From assembly GCA_001643675.2 (NCBI GenBank), contig LSRY02000093.1:1-27525 (forward strand): 27,525 nucleotides of DNA, read 5' to 3'. This document shows positions 1-9,400 of this stretch, one piece after another (within the stretch, counting starts at the first letter, position 1; each line of letters starts with the position of its first letter). The notes beneath the pieces are model-generated. The model saw only the letters and a program-made list of their open reading frames with translations. It was not told where the DNA came from and did not search any database. Source of the DNA: Monocercomonoides exilis PA203. Lineage: Eukaryota > Protista > Preaxostyla. A program made the translations under genes and the position numbers.

Positions 1-1763
1 AAATTTTTTCTTCGAACGTGATAAATTAATGACTCTCGAAAAAAATTAACCCTCCAATAGCAATTATTGATTCATCATGCTTTTCAGTGAATTCAACAGC
101 TGATATTATTAATTTAGCTGCCATCCAACAGCAGAACGATTTCTACTTTGAGTGTGTCAAAATCAATATGCAAAGTTAACAATTTCAAAATAAAAACGAA
201 GTTTTCTTTCTCGCCATCAATCATTCTTGATAACGGGTGCATTCATCTTTTCAACTTTTCAGAAAGCTCGACTCCAAACTGTTGCTATCGGTTGATGCCT
301 TTCAGACTATTTTTAACAAAAAACAGTCAAAGGATTCAATAACAGTTCTGTCAAGCCTTTTTCTTCGGTTATCGTCTCTTCAAAATTTCCGTTGTTTCAA
401 CCTTGCATCACCACACAGACAAACTTGCAACAATGTTGTTTTTGGAACATTTCGAATTATGTTGAAAATAAAGATTCTGACCCCACAAAAATAGATTGTG
501 GAAATTGCAAAATTTTCAATTGCTTATTCAACAAAGTTGAAAATGCGAACGATGGATGCATTGTTTATGGAAAAGAAAAGTGTTCAGGAAGTATGGATAT
601 TCAAAATACAACATTTTCAAACATCAAAAAAACTGTTCTGACGGAAAGAATCTCATTATCAAGTGATGAACCTTTCTCTGTTGTTGATACAGAATTTCAA
701 AACTGTTATTCAAATGAAGAAAGTGTGAGAGGTGGAGCAATACAATCATCAACAAAAGCAGATATTTTGATTTTTAGATGTTTGTTTTCAAATTGTTTTT
801 GTTCTCAAGGAGTGTGTGGTGCATTAGATTTTGTTGGAAATAGCAAGCATTATGTTAATGAGTCAGACTTTATTAATTGTTGGGCAATGTCTGTTGGTGC
901 TGTGTGTGACGCATTTGGAGCTGAAATGTGCTATAATAATTGTTCTTTTATAAACATTTCTGGAAATGCTGATGGTGGTGCATTTCATCACAGGCGATCG
1001 ATAAGCCATCCTATTGATCAACTCGATTGCTTTAATCAATTGACTTTTCAAAACTGTTCGTGTAAAAATAACTATTCAGAAAGGGAAGAGGTGGAGGGCT
1101 GTGGATTGGTGAATTGGCTTCTTTGAATATAGTAGATTGCATTTTTATCACATGCGAAACAAACGGAACAGGTGGAGCAATCAGTATATCGCATTATCTA
1201 TTCAATGACACTGAAAATCCTATAATATCATTATCGTTTTGCTTTTCTCTAACTGTCACTCCACTAACATCACTGGAGGTCATGATATATCTATTCAAGA
1301 GTCATGGTCAAGTGGATTTACGAAAGATAATTTTTGTTCCTGTCGTTCAACAACAACACTTCAAAATCGTTTAACTATTGGTTCAACGAATCATGATGAA
1401 TGGCTAGAAGGATATGTTTCATCTGTCATTTTTAACAATGAAACAGGAATAGATCATATTGCTTGCGGACAAAACATGTCAGGGAGTGCATTTAAAAATG
1501 CAAGACATTGAACTTTCTTCCAACTATTTCTCATTTATTCAACGATGCAATTACAGCAATTCTTGATCCGGGCTTGTACATGGAGAAGCATATTAATGTT
1601 GAATCAATAACAACTTTAATAACTGCAAAGCACCTGGGAAATGCAGTTGTTCGATCCAACACTTCGATGGATTCTCTTTCTCCGTTGAAATGCATTCATT
1701 AACCATTAGTGCGATTGTTATAATTCACGATTCATTATATTCACTTCACTCTCTCTTTGCTTT
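1..1763 (+). pseudogene. 5' part (start upstream of, or at, the window edge) of left giant Cys/Gly-rich beta-helix-repeat receptor-pseudokinase gene; fragmented by frameshifts and interrupted by the DIRS element
   Basis: Overlapping ORFs 392-1126, 1114-1374, 1239-1511 and 1508-1702, plus an open frame 1681-1763, chain by 1-nt shifts. They carry FxNC and GGA(I/F)/GGG motifs (RGGAI, DGGAF, GRGGGLW, TGGAI), then HDEWL...GIDHIACG, matching the order in the right-hand paralog (SEWL...KDTFSCG). Frame 1681-1763 joins 6465 onward in frame once the element is removed. Confidence 0.75.
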
Positions 1764-1779
1764 GAAAAGAAAATGTGAA

Positions 1780-1832
1780 TCTCACTTCCTTCTCTTCTAT
1801 TTACGAGAGATCATCACTTAAGGGTCAGTCAC
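1780..1832. repeat. DIRS 3' inverted terminal repeat core (unique terminal extension 1762-1779)
   Basis: TCTCACTTCCTTCTCTTCTATTTACGAGAGATCATCACTTAAGGGTCAGTCAC is the exact reverse complement of 6373-6425 (53/53). Confidence 0.95.
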
Positions 1833-2019
1833 CCAACTGATCTGAAATGCAAAATAGTAATAGATTACAACGGTGATGTGAAATAGCTAAAAAGGATAGA
1901 AACATTAAAAAACATAACAATGTTATGGCGCTCAATACATACTCACGCCCGAAGAAGAAGGAAGATGGGTCATTAACAGAATCTGTTTATAATAAGGGTG
2001 GGAGTGTATCGAGGCGGGA

Positions 2020-2124
2020 AGAAGAGAAGGAAGTGAGATTCACATTTTCTTTTCAATCAAAGCGCAAGCACTTTGATTTAAAAGAAAACATTCTCTCACT
2101 TCCTTCTCTTCTATTTACGAGAGA
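2020..2124. repeat. DIRS internal complementary region (ICR)
   Basis: 2020-2056 is the reverse complement of terminus 1762-1798; 2055-2124 is the reverse complement of terminus 6395-6464. The halves overlap at AA 2055-2056, i.e. the circle-junction sequence. Confidence 0.95.
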
Positions 2125-2174
2125 GTTCCATAATTGGGAGAATACTCTGCTGTTGTTATTATTTGATTGACCTC

Positions 2175-3610
2175 TTATTTGTCATCCCTCAGCAATTGTT
2201 CGAGTTGCTCACGTTTGGCTTGCGCTCTGGTTTTAATTGTTATCTCAATTGTTTTCTTCTGGACAACTTCTCCAACTAGTCTTTTCTCACGAAAATTCCT
2301 TCTTTCATACTCTTTATGACTGTTCTCGTCTGGCTCCTCCACGTAGTCTGGCTTTGATGGTTCTTCTTCGTCGTTGTAGATCGTTTGGCTTTTGTTGTCA
2401 TATTGCAGATTAGGTTTTTCCAACCTGATCCTGATTCCTTTTTTCGCTCTCGATGTTGTCAGACTTTGAGTTCAGACTGTAGTCCTCCTCATCTTGCTCT
2501 TCGTCAGTTGACGAAGAGTCCTCAATATCTTCTGAACTTGAATTGTCATCAAAAGTAATTTTTGGTTTGCGAAGGGTTTGCAGACTTAAAGGTGATGACT
2601 GGGTCTGGGAGGAAGTTGCATTAATAGCCGCTTGATCTGCAATCACTTTCGCACAGGATGTGGCGATATCTTTTTTGAAAATAGTAATTAATAATGGTAT
2701 CGCTTCGTGGAGACAGCCTTGCGAACTTTGCCACTTGCGCTATTGGTAGTCCAGCCATTGTCAATGCAGATATTGAAGCATGCTTTATCGAGTAAGGACC
2801 AAAATAATTCGGTATACCTGTCTCGTGAAGGAGATTTGCAACAAGTTTTCTCAGCACTCTTGCGGAAAGTGGAATCTTTGTGCGATCGTTAATAAACAAG
2901 TGGTCAGGGTTGTCTTGAAGTTTGCTTATTCTGGACCACAATTCACACACTGCTGAGGCAGGACATATTGAAGGAGTATCTGTGAGAAACGGTATTATAA
3001 TGTCTGTTCTTTCGGGTCCTGTTTTCAGCGAAGTATCCAATGCAATTGAATCTTCTCTCACTGCAGAATGTTTCAGACTGATCCGCTCGAGCTCGGTGAA
3101 CCGGCAGGCGGAGAATAGCATGCAAAGACAAATTGTTTTCTTCGTGAGAGTAGTGAAGGATAAGTTCGCGTTCTCGCCTAGCCCCGATATATAATCAAGA
3201 AGTATTTTGGGGTTCCATATATCAGGCTTATTTTTCTTCTTCCTCCTTTCCAATCTTTTAAATGATCGGAAGAGAAGCTTCATAAGCGGGTAATCTCCCA
3301 AACTTCTCCCCGAAATAACAATTGGAGAAATGAGAGAGATGGCAGATCGTATTTTACAAAGGGATTGCTCCTTCAGCCCCTTGTTGAAAAGCTTAAGGAA
3401 AACATCGGCACATCTAACGACCCAATTGAACCAATCTCCAACAGAAAGACCATAGCCGCAGTTTGTCCACTGGTCTCCGAAATGAGCATAACTGAGTAAG
3501 TACCCATGCCACGTCGAAGGCGAAAGACTGGATTTGCACAGATCACATATATCCATTGGAAATCCTCTTGTTTGCAAAACTCCTTTGAACCAGTGTTCTC
3601 CATTGATCGC
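2175..3610 (-). CDS. Tyrosine recombinase domain of the DIRS element with probable acidic C-terminal extension (frameshifted near 2675 and 2420-2445); frame is open far upstream, overlapping pol
   Basis: C-terminal half of ORF 2621-4717: N-terminal helical region (SSLSPSTWHGY), IWNPKILLDY, box I FSACRFTEL (R at 3101-3103), LKT lysine, box II GPYSIKHAS (2774-2800), terminal TIINYY (YY at 2681-2686). ORFs 2410-2646 and 2175-2423 continue as a D/E/S-rich tail. Confidence 0.9.
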
Positions 3611-3981
3611 TAAGGATTCATCAGTACAACTCGAAGCTTCCCTGGTGGCAGGCAAGCATCCATCCTCTTCATCCATGGTCCCGGGGTAAGAAGTTCGCTC
3701 TGGCTCTTCCACATCCATTCTATATGGGTCGTTCTTTTCAACAACGGCTCCCATATTTGTCCCTTCCAATCGGGAAGAAGGAGAAGACCTCGAGCTCGTT
3801 CGAGAATCATTTTCCTGATTGTCGGAAGAATGAGAGGAATTGGAGGATGAGCAAGAACTGTCTCTCCTCGCCAAGGCTGCTGCAGACCGTCTTCGTTTAT
3901 CGGGCTTCCTGGCCCGCACCATCTGCTCACTTTCTTGTTTTGTTTTGTGGCGAAAGCGTCCAACGTTATGTTCAATCTCAT
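3610..3981 (-). CDS. DNA N6-adenine methyltransferase (Dam-like) domain at the C-terminus of DIRS pol
   Basis: LDAFATKQNKK (SAM-binding motif), DGLQQPW, LAHPPIPLI (catalytic PP motif), LLLPDWKGQIW. This is the layout of the MT domain of DIRS1-group elements. The frame continues upstream to ADSLSR of RNase H. Confidence 0.85.
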   Translation of the reverse strand: MRLNITLDAFATKQNKKVSRWCGPGSPINEDGLQQPWRGETVLAHPPIPLILPTIRKMILERARGLLLLPDWKGQIWEPLLKRTTHIEWMWKSQSELLTPGPWMKRMDACLPPGKLRVVLMNP

Positions 3982-5746
3982 CTTCGTTACAAGCTCCTTG
4001 TAGGATTCTTGCTTTATCTGATAGTCGCCTCCCCTTTCTAGCCTGGAAAGAGAATCGGCCCTTTCGTTTCTTTCGACCGGGGATGTGTTGCGCTTTCACT
4101 TGAATCTGCATCGTGTGCGTTTGTTTCCAAATCTTCAATAGGAGTCTTCTCAAATTCGCTCCTGCCCGCCACCTGTTCAGGTTGAACACCGATGTTGAGT
4201 TGTCCGATCTGATAAGTAGTTTGTGGATGCGATTGGATAACAGAATTGGGGAGAAGTGAGTTAGAGCTGACAAAATTGCGAACATCTCCCGATAGTTTGA
4301 ACTTTGATTTCGTTGCCAATAGGGGAGTCTGCGATGAAAATCCAAAATACTGTTTCCGATTCTTAAATAAGCTCCAACAGCTTTTCTGGAAGCATCCGTC
4401 GTAAGTGTTGCATCTGGAAGAAAGAGTGGGCATAGTTGTCTTGGCGTGTTGGTTTTCAACCTCGATATCCATTTGGTTAGATTGGGGAGAATGGACTGGT
4501 TGATCCTCATCTTCCCTCTCCATCCTACCATCGAAACCATTTTGTTTAAAGTGCGATAAAGATCTGAGAGAAACAGAGAAGCTTCTCGAACCACGAACCT
4601 TGTAGCGTTCAGCTTTCCAATGAACGCTGCAAGGTCTCTTACTCTCACTTCTTTCGCTCTGAGGGACCTCCTCCTCCATCTGGTACATTCCTTTATAAGT
4701 TCTTTCGTTCTCATCATTTCCAGAGCTACATTGAACTGGTGCGTGCTCCACTCGGAAACCCAAATAGGTGAAAGTTTGTGAGGGAATCAAATGACTCTTT
4801 TCTGTGTTTACCAGAAGACCAAGGCTTTCGAAAAGAGAAACGACTTTCTGAGTTATCCATTTTAATTTCTTTTGGTTTTGGTGAAGAAGAATAATATCGT
4901 CGAGGTACGCGATTGCTCTTACGTTCCATTGCTCCCGGATGAATTGTATCACCTTCCTCATGATTTTTGTAAAGATTCTTGGAGAATCTTTGTATCCAAA
5001 TGGCATTCCGTTGAAACAGTAGTAATTTTCGTTGAATTCGAACGCAAGAAACGGCTTGAAGTTGTCGTCCACTTTCACTAAATAGTAGGCCTGGCTTAGG
5101 TCTAAAGTTGTTGCATAATCTCCTCTTGTTATAATTCGTTCTAGTGACCTGTAATCCTCCAGTTTGAAATGGATTGACTTCGTTGCATTGTTCAACGCTC
5201 TGCAATCGATAATTTGTCTCCATCCCCCTTGTTTTTCTTTATCACAAACACTGGATTTAAATGTTTCACCTTTCTTTTCTGTATTTTTGTATTATGTTCG
5301 TTTCGAGCTGATTCTGGATCAGCTTTGCCATCGCTTTGGTTGCTTCCCTGATTGATGGGGGCTGTATGTTTCCATTTTTGAGTTTAGTAATTTCTCCCTG
5401 GCTATCCTGTTTTTCCAAATTGGAATGACGCCTCTTTTACCAACTTCTCTCCATCTATCATTCTCCACGCTTCTCGAAAATATTCCGTTCTTCCTCCAAC
5501 AATTGAAGGTGACTGGCTTAGTTGGTTCCCGTTCCCCTGGATCGCGTTTGAGAAGGACTTCTGCGGTATGTATTTGAGGTTTTTCTCCCTGCCCACGACC
5601 GGGGACCCGAACGAAAAACCGAGGGCGTTGGTAGCTTTCATGTTTTCCATATCTGCTTTTGCCAAAGGATTTGGAATTAAATGAGAACGAAGTCCATCTT
5701 TTCGCTGTTGATTGTGAGGTTTTCCTGACCTCTTCCAATAAATCAC
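3610..5746 (-). CDS. pol: DIRS pol: reverse transcriptase + RNase H + MTase (about six single-base indels; exact start uncertain)
   Basis: VGGRTEYFREAW (DIRS pol N-terminal motif); NPVFVIKK..GGWRQIIDCRALN; LDLSQAYY; MPFGYKDSPRIF; YLDD (4896-4907); YLGF; RNase H LTTDAS, SSNYREMFAI, IRSDN, HIPG..N..ADSLSR. Confidence 0.93.
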
Positions 5747-6356
5747 TTTGCCTTTTCGTTAGGAGCGGTGATGCTGAATCCTCTTTCATTCTCGCTGCTT
5801 CGGTAAATCCAAATCTCGCTTGGATGCGAGCGTTTCTGGCTTCTTTCAAGGCTTGTGCAAGCAGTAAACATGCTTGCGCTACGGCACTCTGAGCTTCATC
5901 ATCTTTTGTTTTCGTATGGGCAAATAAAATAAGTTTCATTGCGGGGTAAAGAAACGTCTCACATCTTTCTCCTGCTTGATCTAAGGCGTCTTTGTACGGA
6001 CTGGTAGTCCTTACAAAAGGTGGAGGCGCATTAGGGAGGAAAGGGGATAAGTCTTCTGTCTTCAACGAAGCAACCAAGTCATTTATCTCCTGTTCCGGTA
6101 ATGGAAGATCATATAACGATAATTCCGGTGCTCTACCAAATATTTTAAGAAACGAATTTTCCAGTGTAATTTCTTCTTCTTTTTCTTCGCCAAGGGTGGT
6201 AGAAGGTGGGGAGAGTGAGGATGAAATAGAAGAAGGTTGGGAAGCGGAAAAGGGTCCGGGAAATGTCGGAAACCCGCTTGTTGGACCACCAGGCAGCGCA
6301 GCTGCGCTCGGTTCGGCCGCAAGTCCTGTTCCCAGAGGATTGTTAGGGATCATCAT
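5518..6356 (-). CDS. gag: DIRS ORF1 (gag-like)
   Basis: Long ORF starting at ATG 6356 just inside the 5' ITR. Pro/Ser-rich N-terminus, helical core, basic C-terminus, no CCHC knuckle. Assigned by position. The 3' end is uncertain: TAA at 5518-5520 if one T is added to the minus-strand T run at ~5615; otherwise the frame runs on. Confidence 0.7.
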
Positions 6357-6372
6357 TTTTAGATCAGTGATC

Positions 6373-6464
6373 GTGACTGACCCTTAAGTGATGATCTCTC
6401 GTAAATAGAAGAGAAGGAAGTGAGAGAATGTTTTCTTTTAAATCAAAGTGCTTGCGCTTTGATT
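6373..6464. repeat. DIRS 5' inverted terminal repeat (core 6373-6425) with terminal extension ending in a 24-nt hairpin (6441-6464)
   Basis: Core is the reverse complement of 1780-1832. AATCAAAGTGC-TT-GCGCTTTGATT forms an 11-bp stem with one G-T pair. Confidence 0.93.
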
Positions 6465-9400
6465 AAAGGGAAACGGAGCAAAACTTAAAGCAAATCAATG
6501 TCACATTCATTCAGATGATTGTTCTGCTCTATTTATTTCGTCGTTGTTTATTGCAACTGATGGAGAAATTGAAGTTGAAAATTGTGTTGTTTACTCTTTT
6601 TCTTTCATAAATTGTTCACTGTTTTATCTTGAATATCCAGCTATTATAATTTGGAATGGTGTAAATATTTCTAATATTTATCGAAACAATGGAAATGGTT
6701 CAGTTATAAGTCATTCACTTGTTCAAAACGAAGGGATGCATTTATCAAACTTTTCACTTGAAAATTGTTCGTGTGTGAATGGTAACGGTGGTGGTGTTGA
6801 AATAACAGTAACGAATGAAAGTGATCTTTTTTTTGGACTACCTCCCGTAAATTCAGTGATAAAAAAGTGCATCGCTCAATATGGAAACGGAGGAGGGATT
6901 TATCTTCATTTGGCTGATGGAGCTCAGTCATTCGTTTTGAGGGATGTTTCATTTTCTGAATGTGATGCCAGAGAGGGGAAAGAAATCTTCATCAACGCAC
7001 ATGATCTTTCGAGTGTGATTAACAGAGAATCGATCAGCTTTGGAGTTGAATTGAATGATTTCACAAAATTGAATGGATTTGAGAGATCAACGCTGAATGA
7101 AACATTTGCCATCCCGCTGGTGGTGTATCTGTGGAACAACTTTTCAGCTCCAGCGTTTGTGGGAGGATCTTTGGGCCATGATTTTTCGATGTGTGGATAT
7201 GAATCATCTCCATGTTCGACTATTTTGAAGGCAGTGTCACTCCACTTTGAAGGGAAGAATAAGGATGTCTCAATTTGTGAGCCATTTTCATTTGATGAGG
7301 AATTGGATTTGACCTCAAACGAATGGAGCATTGCATCCAAAGAGAATGAAATGAAGTGTGAAGTTTCTGACCAGAAAGAAGGAGCACAAAATGGATTGGT
7401 TGAAAGCTCTGTCAGTGTGTTTGTGACAGGAATTATCTTTTCTTTGAAGAAATCGCTGACAGATCATGAAAGTGTGTTTGAGTGCCATTCAGAGAAACTC
7501 ACACTGACCAAATGTGGGATGGAAGGAGGGGATGAGGCTATTTCGACAGTGTTTGTGAAGGCTGCTGGAGGGGTAGTGGAGATTAATGAGTTTGCAACAA
7601 AGAATATGAAAATTGGAGATTCATCGGTATTTGTTGTTGAAGGGAATGCAGAAAGTGTGCCTTCGATGAATATGACGAAGAGCAATTTTGCTGAAATCAC
7701 ATTTGGCGATGGGAGCGTTGTTGAGTGCCATAACGGAAATATCGATGAGATGTCAGGATGCACATTTTCATCGATTACTCGTTCGAAGGAAAGTGGAGGA
7801 TGCATAAGTGTTGTGAACAATGAGAATGATGATGATGGAAGAGAGCACAAAGTGGAAATAGATGACTGCACATTTGAAGGGTGTGCTGTTGCTGGAGATA
7901 AGGAAATGAGATTGGAGGAGGTGCATTCTTTTATGAAGCATCTGCAAACACAAACCTATTGATAAGCGGGTGTGAGTTTTATTGCTGCACAGCACCACAT
8001 GAAGAGGAAGGAGTTGGATATGGAGGAGGAATAATGCTGAAGATGCAGAAACAAGAGGAAGAGGAAGGAAAGGCAGGGTTTGTGATATCCTCGCCTGTTT
8101 TTTCGACTGACAAGCCGAATAATGCGAAGTTTGGGAAAGACTTATTCATTTCATCTCCATTGCTCATCAAGAGCATCAAGAACGAAACATTGCCATTTGT
8201 GAAAGATAGACTGGAGTTGCTGACAGAAGACTCGATGAGGGGATATGATGGGGAAATAGGGAGTGTGCAATCCCACTGATCTATTTCTGGAAAGAGATTG
8301 GATCGAGCGTGTTTATTACAGAGGAAGGAAAGAATGTGGCGGTGTGTGGGTTGGAAGAATATCCGTGCAGATCTGTTGATTATGGGCTGAAGAGAACAGT
8401 CAGTTCTGGAGTCGAGCGCATGATAATTCATGGGGTTTGCGATGCAAGGAGTGTGATTGAGATGAGTGGGATGAAGGTGGAAGGAACAAATGGCGAAACA
8501 GACAAAATCCAATTTGTGAAAGCGATTGAGGGTGATGGAGATGCTATTGTTGAGTGCAAAGGGGCTGTTCAATTCAAAGAAATGGGAATGGTGATTCCGA
8601 CTGCTTTTGATAACGGAGCAAGCATTCTCATCCAGACAGGTTCAGATGCAATCAAAACGAGCATTGTGAGCTGTTCAATCAGCACACATGGCAGTGCCGA
8701 AGGCGAGGTGTCATTTGTGCTGATCGGTGCCTCGAAAGGAATTGTTGAGATTGAAAAGACAAACATCGCAGGATTGTCATCGATGTGTGAGATCATGAGT
8801 GTGTCAACAGATTGTGCGATAGCAATGAACAATGTGACATTTGAAGATATTGCATTGAGCGGGAAAAGTGCAGTTGCGATGAGTGAAAATACGATTGCTT
8901 CAAGCGAAAAGAATGATGCAGAAGAAGTATGGAATATTCTATTTGAGCAATGCATATTTGCGAATGTGAAGCACAGTGCGACAATCAACCCTTCATTGCT
9001 TTGCTGTGATGTGTCGAATGATGTGAGATTGAAAATGGAGAATTCGACAATTGATGGGTGTGGATCGGCAAGCTCGAATGAAGGAGGAGGAATGTTCTTC
9101 CTCCTCAATGAGAGGGAAGCTGGAGATGAACCACACGAATGTGGTAAAATGTTTCTGCTCGAACATTGGGAGGGGCGGAGGGATGTTTTTGAAATCGCAG
9201 AGTGTCTCACAGGAAGCATTGCCATTTGTGCTGTCGAATATCACATTGCGAGAGAATGTTGCTTCGAAAGGGAGGGATGTGTTTGTGAAGTGCACTGACC
9301 TTGACTCGCAGATAAGTGAATCACAGTTCCTGATAAACTTCGGGAGCCGTTTGTGAAGGAGCTGGCAATATGGGGATGCACAGCAGACAATTATGGGGAT

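Larger units (their letters stand above)
1762..6464 (-). mobile_element. DIRS1-like tyrosine recombinase retrotransposon, full length (4703 bp)
   Basis: Order gag, RT, RNase H, adenine MTase, YR on the minus strand; 53-bp perfect inverted terminal repeats; ICR complementary to both termini near the 3' end; TT at both ends (1762-1763, 6463-6464); the empty site restores the host ORF. Confidence 0.97.

Noticed and set aside
1762-2124. Repeated TCTCACTTCCTTCTCTTCT units as a CRISPR array or LTR
   Set aside because: Only four copies in mixed orientation (one at the far end of the element), fully explained by DIRS ITR/ICR structure; no cas genes.
1925-2170. 81-aa plus-strand ORF in the DIRS 3' region
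   Set aside because: Runs through the ICR, antisense to the element, with no motif; likely incidental.
2621-4717. 698-aa ORF as a real RNase H-YR fusion protein
   Set aside because: Produced by a 1-nt indel at ~4070 that moves the RNase H frame into the overlapping YR frame; ADSLSR and the MTase lie in the other frame.
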